In this document: positions 1 through 11,066 of the stretch, one piece after another
Position numbering within the stretch: the stretch's first letter is position 1
Layout: each line of letters opens with the position of its first letter
NCBI RefSeq assembly: GCF_001194135.2
Contig: NC_069006.1
Location: 480,899 to 544,898, forward strand
Length of the DNA: 64,000 bases
Direction of reading: 5' to 3'
Origin: Octopus bimaculoides
Taxonomy: Eukaryota
Translations under genes and position numbers: made by a program
Notes under the pieces: model-generated
Told to the model about the DNA's origin: nothing
The model's input: the letters and a program-made list of their open reading frames with translations, nothing else
The model's database searches: none

Positions 1-28
1 GTGGTGTTAGGTAGGATGACAAACACTG

Positions 29-58
<30 letters not shown>

Positions 59-59
<1 letters not shown>

Positions 60-196
60 GCTTGCTTACGATCCACATGGTTCCGGGTTCAGTCCCACTG
101 CGTGGCACCTTGGGCAAGTGTCTTCTACTATAGCCTCGGGCCGACCAAAGCCTTATAAGTGGATCTGGTAGACGGAAACTGAAAGAAACCCGTCGA
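59..196 (+). mobile_element. tRNA-derived SINE family A (CORE-like, possibly octopus OR1/OR2 type), head/body fragment
   Basis: B-box GGTTCAGTCCC, then GTGGCACCTTGGGCAAGTGTCTTCTACTATAGCCTCGGGCCGACCAAAGCC; collinear with the full copy at 8197-8600; runs into (AT)n(GT)n and a gap. Confidence 0.85.
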
Positions 197-232
<36 letters not shown>

Positions 233-914
233 TTCTCCCCCCCCCNNNNNNNNNNNNNNNNNNNNNNNNNNNNNNNNNNNNNNNNNNNNNNNNNNNNNNN
301 NNNNNNNNNNNNNNNNNNNNNNNNNNNNNNNNNNNNNNNNNNNNNNNNNNNNNNNNNNNNNNNNNNNNNNNNNNNNNNNNNNNNNNNNNNNNNNNNNNNN
401 NNNNNNNNNNNNNNNNNNNNNNNNNNNNNNNNNNNNNNNNNNNNNNNNNNNNNNNNNNNNNNNNNNNNNNNNNNNNNNNNNNNNNNNNNNNNNNNNNNNN
501 NNNNNNNNNNNNNNNNNNNNNNNNNNNNNNNNNNNNNNNNNNNNNNNNNNNNNNNNNNNNNNNNNNNNNNNNNNNNNNNNNNNNNNNNNNNNNNNNNNNN
601 NNNNNNNNNNNNNNNNNNNNNNNNNNNNNNNNNNNNNNNNNNNNNNNNNNNNNNNNNNNNNNNNNNNNNNNNNNNNNNNNNNNNNNNNNNNNNNNNNNNN
701 NNNNNNNNNNNNNNNNNNNNNNNNNNNNNNNNNNNNNNNNNNNNNNNNNNNNNNNNNNNNNNNNNNNNNNNNNNNNNNNNNNNNNNNNNNNNNNNNNNNN
801 NNNNNNNNNNNNNNNNNNNNNNCCCCCCCCCCGCCATTGCCACAACACCATAACGTCATACTATTAACACTTTTGACCTAAGTATGTAGATATCTCTAAC
901 AGAACAAATGAGCT

Positions 915-969
<55 letters not shown>

Positions 970-1234
970 ATATGTATAAAAGCCGGGTGGGAAGTTGTTT
1001 ATATAATGTATATCATAAATATCTACGTATAACTGTGTGTGTGTGTAAGCGTGTTTGAATGTATTTTGTGTGCGTTTATGTTTTGGTGTGAGGCTTTCTA
1101 TAGACGTATATTTATAAACATTTAATATATAAAATGTATATATATGTATAATACATATAAACATTATACATGCACACACACACACACACACACACACATA
1201 CATACACATTATGTATAATTTGTTTTTTTAGGTG

Positions 1235-1300
1235 CAGGCACGGAGTTCCGTTGTAAAGCTTGGGTTCAGTTCCAATGAGCGGCAAATGTCTTGTACTATA
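1235..1300 (+). mobile_element. SINE family A, degenerate fragment
   Basis: GGGTTCAGTTCCA...GGCAAATGTCTTGTACTATA matches the family A head. Confidence 0.5.
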
Positions 1301-1332
1301 AGTAGGTAGGTAGGTAGGTATGTATATATATG

Positions 1333-1602
1333 ATAACGGCGCTTTTTTTAAAAAGTCACAAGCTTTGCTGAACATAGGAGCTAAAACATTCGGAAACCAC
1401 AAAAGTTAACGAATTAAAGATTGCTTCTTACCTCTGCAAAAATGCAAGAAGGAATGTCAGTTAACTTGATATCATGATATCGAATTTATCGCCAAAATCA
1501 TGCCGATGTAAATATAGGGTTAACTTTTGTGGCTTCGGAGTGTTTTAACTCCTATGTTCAGCAAAGCTGGCGTCTTTTTTTTTTAAAAAAGCGCCCTTGT
1601 TA
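1333..1602. mobile_element. MITE with ~80-bp terminal inverted repeats (Tc1/mariner-like TA context)
   Basis: 1333-1410 (GGCGCTTTTTT...AGCTTTGCTGAACATAGGAGCTAAAACATTCGGAAACCACAAAAGTTAAC) is the near reverse complement of 1519-1602; non-coding core; TA-rich flanks. Confidence 0.85.
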
Positions 1603-2027
1603 TATATAATTCATTTTTATATTTATCTAATAATTTTGCTAATACGGCTTTAGCTTGCGGCCACAGCTTGTCTGAGTGGTTTGGGGTTGCCTGTGAATGA
1701 CTGCCGAGAGCAGAAAATTACAAAATAGTGAAGGGCTATAACATTTTCCTTGAAGTGTGTGCTATGAAAAGTGTCAACCGACAGATCGATAATTTATAGG
1801 AAGGAAATAGGTGAAGCTTTACCGAAACTTGGAGGTGATATCGTGAAGCTCAGATAGATCTCTAAGAAACGAAGAGAAATGGTAAGAAAATGAAACAGAG
1901 AATTGTCAAAACGAACCAGACAGATACAAAGCCAAAGATGTACGTGTACCAGTGTGTGTGTATGCGAGTATCCTATATATCCATGCGTGCGTGTGGGTGT
2001 GTATGATGAGGCTGAATGTTATATATG

Positions 2028-2119
<92 letters not shown>

Positions 2120-2150
2120 GCATTTCTTGCTAATTTGCCATTATCAGTGC

Positions 2151-2466
2151 CAGGTACGATAAAAAGAGAGACAACCTTCGAATGACTTTGGAAACCATGG
2201 CTTCCTTATAGGTGTTACCTAAAGCAAGGCTGTTTTCCACGGTAAACCGCAGTGACGATAGCCTTTTTACAGGTCAAATATGTCTCAAGCAAATGACAAC
2301 TGATTAAAAACCCTATTTACACAATACTGCTTCATGTGCATTTTGTATAATTTATTCGAACCTGGCGGCTGATCGCACGCATCAATAAATATTCCTTACT
2401 AATTATCCGTAAGAAAGCCCTAACTGCCAAAATTCTCTCAGGGTTGTGTCTCTTTTGAGGTACCTA
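2151..2466. mobile_element. possible old MITE
   Basis: Imperfect ~27-bp inverted termini AGGTACGATAAAAAGAGAGACAACCT / AGGGTTGTGTCTCTTTTGAGGTACCT; the internal segment 2214-2283 recurs diverged at 2523-2590. Confidence 0.35.
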
Positions 2467-3580
2467 GTTGTAATGACAGCCAAATAGCTCGCACCGAGAT
2501 GACTGTTGGTGTTTTAAAACCTGTTACCTCAAGCAAGAATCTTCTGGACGGGAAACCGCCGTGAAAATGGCCTTTTTATACGCCAAATATTTCACAAACC
2601 CAAACACATATACACATATGTATGAAAGTAATGCATGTCTGCGTATATATGAAGATATGTCTGCTTATGTGTGTGAATAATTATGCGTACATAAATAAAA
2701 GATGATGCGGGTGGAAAAGAAGAAAAAAGAAGTGATAAAGAAAGAAAAGAAAGACGGACGCAGTAAATGAAAACAAGTACAGCGAAACAAGTACAANNNN
2801 NNNNNNNNNNNNNNNNNNNNNNNNNNNNNNNNNNNNNNNNNNNNNNNNNNNNNNNNNNNNNNNNNNNNNNNNNNNNNNNNNNNNNNNNNNNNNNNNNNNN
2901 NNNNNNNNNNNNNNNNNNNNNNNNNNNNNNNNNNNNNNNNNNNNNNNNNNNNNNNNNNNNNNNNNNNNNNNNNNNNNNNNNNNNNNNNNNNNNNNNNNNN
3001 NNNNNNNNNNNNNNNNNNNNNNNNNNNNNNNNNNNNNNNNNNNNNNNNNNNNNNNNNNNNNNNNNNNNNNNNNNNNNNNNNNNNNNNNNNNNNNNNNNNN
3101 NNNNNNNNNNNNNNNNNNNNNNNNNNNNNNNNNNNNNNNNNNNNNNNNNNNNNNNNNNNNNNNNNNNNNNNNNNNNNNNNNNNNNNNNNNNNNNNNNNNN
3201 NNNNNNNNNNNNNNNNNNNNNNNNNNNNNNNNNNNNNNNNNNNNNNNNNNNNNNNNNNNNNNNNNNNNNNNNNNNNNNNNNNNNNNNNNNNNNNNNNNNN
3301 NNNNNNNNNNNNNNNNNNNNNNNNNNNNNNNNNNNNNNNNNNNNNNNNNNNNNNNNNNNNNNNNNNNNNNNNNNNTATATATATATGTATGGATATATAA
3401 AACGAAAACAGAATACGTATATGTATATATGTGCATAGATTTATATAGAAATATATCTTCATAAATGTGTATACATATATGCAAACACACATATATATGT
3501 TTGTGTGAGTGTGCAAATATACATATTTGCTATATATACGCATAAACGCGTTTATATGCACGTATATATGCATGCATATA

Positions 3581-3653
<73 letters not shown>

Positions 3654-3762
3654 GTACATATACACATATATAAGTATACATATAATGTGTAGATATATGT
3701 ATATGCATAAGCATATAAAAGCGCACAATATATACATACATATAAACATACATATAGGTGCG

Positions 3763-3812
<50 letters not shown>

Positions 3813-4259
3813 AAGATACACACACACACATTTATACATGTCTATATACACACATATATAGAGATATGTTTGTGAGAGTGTCTATACATATGTATTGATT
3901 TCACAATGCCATGTCAATCCACATTATGCCTGTATATTTCTCACAAAACAATCATTATTTCAGCCAGACGCACCTGCTGTATTTTTACATATATAAAAAT
4001 ACTGAAACATTATTAATTCCTCGCCTTTGAAATTAATAAAACAGAAAAAAGTTCTTGTTTTAGTGAGTTATGACACGCTGTAAACTAGAATATACTTTGC
4101 TAGTCAGTTGAAATTCCATCACTGAATATATGAATATATACATGCATGCATACACACATACATACATACGTATGTATATTAGACACAGCTATATGTATCT
4201 ACCTATATATATATATATATTTGCTTATATCTCTCTTTATCTCTTTTCTACAGTATATG

Positions 4260-4310
<51 letters not shown>

Positions 4311-4418
4311 ATATGTATATATGTGTACATATATATATATATCTATACATATACACACATACATATACTTAAATATATACACACACATATATATGTGTGT
4401 ATATGCATATATATACAT

Positions 4419-4523
4419 ATATATATGTGTACATATATATATGTGTACATATATATGTGTACATATATATATGTGTACATATATATATGTGTACATATAT
4501 ATATGTGTACATATATATATGTG
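4419..4523. repeat. (ATATATGTGTAC)n-type minisatellite running into a gap
   Basis: Repeated ATATATGTGTAC units with variable TA number. Confidence 0.9.
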
Positions 4524-5302
4524 NNNNNNNNNNNNNNNNNNNNNNNNNNNNNNNNNNNNNNNNNNNNNNNNNNNNNNNNNNNNNNNNNNNNNNNNNNNNN
4601 NNNNNNNNNNNNNNNNNNNNNNNNNNNNNNNNNNNNNNNNNNNNNNNNNNNNNNNNNNNNNNNNNNNNNNNNNNNNNNNNNNNNNNNNNNNNNNNNNNNN
4701 NNNNNNNNNNNNNNNNNNNNNNNNNNNNNNNNNNNNNNNNNNNNNNNNNNNNNNNNNNNNNNNNNNNNNNNNNNNNNNNNNNNNNNNNNNNNNNNNNNNN
4801 NNNNNNNNNNNNNNNNNNNNNNNNNNNNNNNNNNNNNNNNNNNNNNNNNNNNNNNNNNNNNNNNNNNNNNNNNNNNNNNNNNNNNNNNNNNNNNNNNNNN
4901 NNNNNNNNNNNNNNNNNNNNNNNNNNNNNNNNNNNNNNNNNNNNNNNNNNNNNNNNNNNNNNNNNNNNNNNNNNNNNNNNNNNNNNNNNNNNNNNNNNNN
5001 NNNNNNNNNNNNNNNNNNNNNNNNNNNNNNNNNNNNNNNNNNNNNNNNNNNNNNNNNNNNNNNNNNNNNNNNNNNNNNNNNNNNNNNNNNNNNNNNNNNN
5101 NNNNNNNNNNNNNNNNTATATATATATATTATGTATACCTATAAGATAATGAAGTGTGAGAACTTACCCAATATTTTCCGAAGGTGGCAGAAGTGAAATA
5201 ACGTCGGTATGAATAACCAAATATATATACAGGAAGTTAGCATAGTACGAGACAGGTAACCTCGTTCCCTTCCTGAGAACGAGCGAGGCAGGTAACCTCG
5301 TA

Positions 5303-5586
5303 CATCCTGTTGGTTCTTATTCAACGAAATTTGAGGAACACCAGCGAAATTATTCAACCAATGAGAAAGAAACCCTTGCTTTGTTATTGTCATTGCGACA
5401 TTTTGACATATATTTGGGAACCACCAAGTATCCCATTGAAGTGTTCACCGACCGAAGAACAAAAATCAGAGATGAATGAGATGGAGTTTATCTTTGCAAG
5501 AACTTAATCTAAATATTCAACAAATTAGAGGTAAAGACAATGTCATTGCCGGTGCAATATCTCGAGTCAATCTCCTAAATTTGTAA
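5303..5586 (+). pseudogene. Ty3/gypsy RNase H C-terminal remnant
   Basis: Hand translation HPVGSYSTKFEEHQRNYSTNEKETLALLLSLRHFDIYLGTTKYPIEVFTD // KNKNQR*MRWSLSLQELNLNIQQIRGKDNVIAGAISRVNLLNL*; gypsy RNase H motifs with an internal deletion and a stop. Confidence 0.9.
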
Positions 5587-5635
5587 ATAAGAAAGTTTTC
5601 ACTGTGTTCAACTTTCTTCCTTTAAGTGGGGAGAA

Positions 5636-6068
5636 TGTTATATATACCTGTAAGATAATGAACGGTGAGAACTTACCCTATATTTTCCGAAGGTGGAGAG
5701 ATAAACGTTTGTCAACGACCGTTTGGCAGAAATGAAAGAACGTCGGTATGAATAACCAAATATATATACAGGAAGTTAGCATAGTACGAGACAGGTAACC
5801 TCGTTCCCTTCCTGAGAACGAGCGAGGCAGGTAATCTCGTACTTCCTGTTAAAAAGGGGAGTGGGGAAGGCAGCTGGAGCTTGGCGCAGATAGAACCAGA
5901 ACGAGACGGAGCTGCGTACGGGTCGGACCGTTCACCACCTACCTTGAAACCATTGAGACTGGACATAGTCTCCATATATGAACATTTGCTTCCCTGTTTG
6001 AACACTTTGTTGTTGCGATCAGAAGTTTAACACTTTTTCTTACATTATTAATTTGTCTGATCGTAACA
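5636..6068 (+). repeat. complete LTR, 433 bp
   Basis: TGTTA/TAACA termini; preceded by purine tract AAGTGGGGAGAA; first ~215 nt match 5127-5311. Confidence 0.9.
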
Positions 6069-6144
6069 ATATACATACATATATATGTGTGTGTGTATAT
6101 GTATATATGTATACATATATATATATTTGTGTGTGTATATGTAT

Positions 6145-6175
<31 letters not shown>

Positions 6176-6789
6176 CACACACATTTATGTGTGTGTGAGT
6201 AGTTTTATGCATATATCTTTTTCTATCATCATATATCTGCCTATTGTACCCGCCCCATCTCTCTTTTTGGCTATGTATGTTTGCCTGTCTGCCTGCCTGC
6301 CTGTCTTTGCACCCCGAAACCAAAAATATATGGGAGTAGTTAAAACTGTAGAAGCAACATAAAACGAAAATTTAATATTAAAAGATCGGAGAGACAATTT
6401 TATAGATAATCCAATATGTCGACTCCTCAAAGAACTCCAAGACGAACTGGCTGTAGTAAAAAAATATATATTGAATCCTATAAACTAAAACATCAGATAA
6501 AACAAGATATGTAATTCCAGCGTTGCTATAATTCGTCTTATAATCAAGATCTTAATGGGGGGAGCGGGCGTTAATATTACGAGTTTCTTATTTGCGAATA
6601 AATTACAATTGTCCCCACAAACGTTGGTCTTTTACAACATGACTGCATATTAATGAGGCTGTTTTATAATGCACAATATATTGTCTTGAACGAATATATG
6701 CGAAGTGTATATCGAGTTTTAAAGATGTTCCCAATTAGCCCGATCTCTCTCTCTCTACACACACACACAAACATACACATCTTACTTGC

Positions 6790-7497
6790 ATCAGTCACTG
6801 GACTACAGCCATATCGGAGCCTGGAAGGATTTTAATTATGATGGCTCATTGAAAAACTAGTAACATAGTGAAAAATTTGATACGGTGTTTTAGGTTTTAT
6901 TCAGAAAGAGAATAACTCAGATTGCAGAACATTAAAAATTTTTCAAAAATCTTAATATTTGACCGAGATATACCATTTTTCTCAGTTAAGCTGACGCGAC
7001 CCGGAAAATCGGGCTTTGTGAGAAAACAGTGTTCGGAGATGAGACACATCTGAGAACTAAACACTTTTCACAACTCCTGCCTTTTCTCAGTCATAAAATG
7101 CGTAGGAGTCCAGGTATCAAGCTATTGTCAGTTGCTAAACCCAGGATTTAAAAACATTTGGTATTGTTTTGAACCCCCGTTTATTTAGCGACCCACGTCT
7201 GTTTAGCAAGATCCGACGGTTTTCCCAGGTGGCATCTCATCGACCTCCATTTGGTCTGTTTTGCCGAAATTCCGCGAACTTAAACCAACACGGCTGTAAA
7301 GCGGTGGACTGGGAGAGAAAATAGAAACACACACACACACACAAAGGCTTCCACACAGCACAGCTTTCGCCTACCAAATTCATTTTCAATGCACTGGTTC
7401 CCAGGGGATATATTAGAAGGCACATACCTAAGGTGACACGCTGTGGAACTGAACTCAGAACCACGTAGTTGCAAAATGAGCTCTTAATCACTCAGCC
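6790..7497 (-). mobile_element. SINE family A split by a ~420-bp insertion
   Basis: Tail at 6790-6832 (TCAGTCACTGGACTACAGCCAT) and body/head at 7255-7497 are both reverse-strand family A; the intervening 6835-7250 is unrelated. Confidence 0.7.
6835..7250. mobile_element. unclassified insertion, possibly a non-autonomous DNA transposon fragment
   Basis: Non-simple sequence interrupting a SINE; no TIR or TSD found. Confidence 0.35.
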
Positions 7498-7857
7498 TAA
7501 ACACACGCACACAAACACACATATTCCGTACTATCTACTGATTGGAACCAGTTTTAGATACAAACATTTTCTGTTAAAGATGTACGTTGGTATTTATCGA
7601 TCTCTCTCTCTCCTCGCCAATCCATCCACACATCCGTCTGTCTGTCCACCTACCTTACCTATCCATATACTTCTCTCTAGCTGTCTGCATTTTTGAAATT
7701 TTCCATGTTCCTTACACCAAACAGTCATGTGCAGTTCCCTCCACTTAGTCAAGTAATATTCAAACTTACTACATCACTCCACTATCGATACAGGAAAAAA
7801 AGATTCCTGTTCTTCCCCATTCCGCCATCACTCTATTCATTTCCAAACATCCCAGTA

Positions 7858-7895
<38 letters not shown>

Positions 7896-8196
7896 GAATA
7901 ATAATAATAATAATATTCTATATTTCATAAATTTAATTACTTTATATTCCGAGGTCGTTTCTTCAGGCTTTTCTGGCCAGACACACAGACACATTTCACA
8001 GTCATTAATAGAATTGTTTATCTTCCTTAATGGTGAGATTTTTAATTAATTAGCATTTTTTCGCTCAGTATATCAGGTATGTTACTGGTGCAAATATATA
8101 TATATATATACATTTATACATCCATCTATTTTTCTATGTTTCTGTCTCAATCTATTTATATATATAATATGAAACAAAACATGAATAATTGTTTAT

Positions 8197-8600
8197 AGGC
8201 GCAAGCGTCACTGTGAGGTAAGAAGCTCGCTTCCCAACCACATGGTTTCGGGTTCAGCCCCACTGCGTGGCACCTTGAGCAAATGTCTTCTACTATAGCC
8301 TCGGACCGACCAAAGCCTTGTGAATGGATTTCGTAGACGGAAACTGAAAGACCGTCGTATATATGTATATATATATCTATGTGCGTCTTTGTGTCGGTGT
8401 TTGTCTCCCCTACTACCGCTTGACAACCGATGTTGGTGTATTTGCGTCACCTTAACTTATCGGTTCGGCAAAAATGGAATAAGTACCAATTTTAGGAAAG
8501 AAGTACTGGGATCGATTCATTCATTCGACTAAAAAAAATTCAAGGCGGTGCTCCAGCACGGCCGCAGTCCAATGACTGAAACAAGTAAAAGATAAAACGA
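8197..8600 (+). mobile_element. SINE family A, full length
   Basis: tRNA-like head (GTGAGGTAAGAAGC...GGTTCAGCCCC), CORE-like body, internal (TA)n, tail ending CAATGACTGAAACAAGTAAAAGATAAAA. Confidence 0.9.
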
Positions 8601-8625
8601 TATATATATATATATATATATATAT

Positions 8626-8705
8626 GTGGGTGACCCCCTTCGCTCACCAATGACCATGGGGTTGCACCTAGAAAGTTACCCTCCGAGGCACAAATCCGGG
8701 CAACA
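8626..8705 (-). mobile_element. short retroposon fragment (RTE-related segment / SINE tail)
   Basis: TGACCATGGGGTTGCACCTAGAAAGTTACCCTCCGAGGCACAA resembles, from memory, an RTE-related SINE segment; orientation is inferred. Confidence 0.35.
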
Positions 8706-8774
8706 GTTGTATGCATATTTTCACACAAGCACACACCACCTAAGCACATATATATCGTTATGCCGAAGTAAGTT

Positions 8775-8850
8775 TGTTCCGGACTTCGACGTTCTGAGCT
8801 CAATTTTCTTGGCATTAACTTTCACTGACGCCCTTTTGGGCTCGGTAAAA
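8775..8850 (+). mobile_element. SINE family B fragment
   Basis: ACGTTCTGAGCTCAATT...CTCGGTAAAATAAAACACCAG matches the family B core. Confidence 0.5.
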
Positions 8851-9268
8851 TAAAACACCAGACGTGAACGATTTAATCCATTAACATATTACTCCCACAC
8901 CAAACTGCTGGCTTTGTACGCAAATTGCATATATAATATAAACAACGGTTGTGATTCACTATTAAAGCCTTCTATCCTCCATTCTCGTGTTACATTATTC
9001 TTGTATTAATCTGATGCAAAGAGGAGATCCGCATGTGCATCCAACCCTGGAATATACCCAACTGTAGGTTAACGTGTTGTGGATAAATATCAACATCAGA
9101 GCTCTTAAGTGCACTTAACGAGGTTTTTACCCGAATTATACTCTACCTACCTACCCTCTCTCTCTCTATCTATATAAAAACACAGACACACACATTTCTA
9201 TATATATACACACATATACAGACACACACATACACAAATACACACACACACACACACAGATATATCTA

Positions 9269-9315
<47 letters not shown>

Positions 9316-9581
9316 NNNNNNNNNNNNNNNNNNNNNNNNNNNNNNNNNNNNNNNNNNNNNNNNNNNNNNNNNNNNNNNNNNNNNNNNNNNNNNNNNNNNN
9401 NNNNNNNNNNNNNNNNNNNNNNNNNNNNNNNNNNNNNNNNNNNNNNNNNNNNNNNNNNNNNNNNNNNNNNNNNNNNNNNNNNNNNNNNNNNNNNNNNNNN
9501 NNNNNNNNNNNNNNNNNNNNNNNNNNNNNNNNNNNNNNNNNNNNNNNNNNNNNNNNNNNNNNNNNNNNNNNNNNNNNNNNN

Positions 9582-9622
<41 letters not shown>

Positions 9623-10069
9623 TTGTTAGAATAACACATGCCATATACAATTAATAGATAATCCAGGAGAAAAATAGATTGTATTAAAAGTCGGTTGTCA
9701 TCAATTCTGTCTGTGTCTCTCAGTCTCTCTTTATATCTATCTGTCTATCTATCGACTCGCTCTTGTAATCTCAACCTCTATCACCTCCCATCCACACGGC
9801 CACACGACTAACCCGTCGCCACCGCCAATCTCTTCGTTGTCTCGTTTCTCCTCCCACACACAAATATGGTTCAATATTGAGGAACGCAACCTTGTGGAAC
9901 TGTTTGCAGGTCAGACAGTTGGGCGCTGAGGGGTGGAAGGTCACGTGTGTAACAATTGGAGTAAGAGGATCGAGAATGGAGGGAGGTACGGTGGAAGGCG
10001 GAGGGGGAGGAGATTATCTGACCGATAAAGGCGGCGGCAGCGATCGTGGCTTTGGTACTTTTGTTGCTC

Positions 10070-10657
10070 GCAGTGGTGGTGGTGGTGGTGGTGGTGATTA
10101 AACAACAGTTATTCGTGGTAGTTGTAATGATAGAAGTAGCGGTGGTGGTAGTGGTGGTGGTTGTGTTAGTTGTGGCATCAGTGGTAATAGTAAGGGTGTT
10201 ATTGTTGAACTGAGGGTAGTAGAGGTCATGGTGGTGGTGGTGGTGGTGGTGGTGGTAGTGGTGTCATTGGTTATAGTATGTCGGTAGTGTTGGCGGTTGT
10301 AGTGCTGGTGATGTTGCTGGTAGTGATGTTGAGTACAGTTGGGATGGTGGTGTAAGCAACAGTGCTGACTGCGCGGTGTTTGTGATGCAGTTTTCGTGTT
10401 AGTGGTGGTGGTGGTGGTAGTAGTCCTGTTGGCGGTGGTCATTGTTGTATTTGTGATGGTGGTGGTGGTGGTGGTGGTGATAGTGGGTATTGTAGTGTTG
10501 GTAACGATGCTTTTAATTGTAGTGTATTAAGAGTAGTAGAGGCGGTAGTAGTGATGGTGCCAGCGGCTATGGTGTTACTTTTGGCGATGATGATGCTACA
10601 GCTGGTAGCATGCTGATAATAGTGAAAGCACTGGTAATGACAATAGCATTGTTGTTG

Positions 10658-10688
<31 letters not shown>

Positions 10689-10700
10689 CGGTGTTGGTGG
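10070..10700. repeat. mosaic (GGT/AGT/TGT)n trinucleotide block
   Basis: Degenerate GTN repeats. Confidence 0.9.
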
Positions 10701-10714
10701 TAGTGATTATTAAA

Positions 10715-11066
10715 ATAAAACACCAATAAAGTACTGGAGTCGATGTCACCGGCTTTCACCGACCCCTCAAAATTACTCGGCTTCTGCTGCAGTTTTGCTG
10801 AACCCTGCAGAATCGTGAAGGACGCCGGGTTAAAATGTTTTAGCGGTATTTCGTTAGTCTTTAAGTTCTGAGATCAAATTTTGCCGGGTCGATAAAATAA
10901 GTACCAGCATAACACTGGAGTCGATGTAACCAACTTAACCCCTCCCCTGAAGTTGTTGACCTTCTGCCAGAATTTGAAACCACTAATTGGCAGAGTCGTT
11001 AGCACGCCGGGTGAAATGCTTAGCGGTGGTATTTCATTTGCTGCTACGTTCTGAGTTTAAATTCCA
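10715..11066 (+). mobile_element. head-to-tail chain of SINE family B copies (tail, copy, head)
   Basis: Repeated GGCAGAATCGTTAGCACGCCGG...GTTCTGAGTTCAAATT and GATAAAATAAGTACCAG modules at 10715-10790, 10800-10985 and 10988-11066. Confidence 0.8.

Larger units (their letters stand above)
5127..6068 (+). mobile_element. internally deleted Ty3/gypsy LTR retrotransposon (Gmr1-like end structure)
   Basis: Partial 5' LTR 5127-5311, RNase H remnant 5303-5586, PPT 5624-5635, complete 3' LTR 5636-6068 (TGTTA...TAACA); ATATA on both sides within (TA)n. Confidence 0.9.

Noticed and set aside
7-5196. Long ORFs spanning N runs and (TA)n/(TG)n, here and throughout (e.g. 26391-27755, 40767-41882, 60713-61696)
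   Set aside because: They consist of X runs and YIYI/CVCV/HTHT/SLSL dipeptide repeats, which are artefacts of gaps and microsatellites
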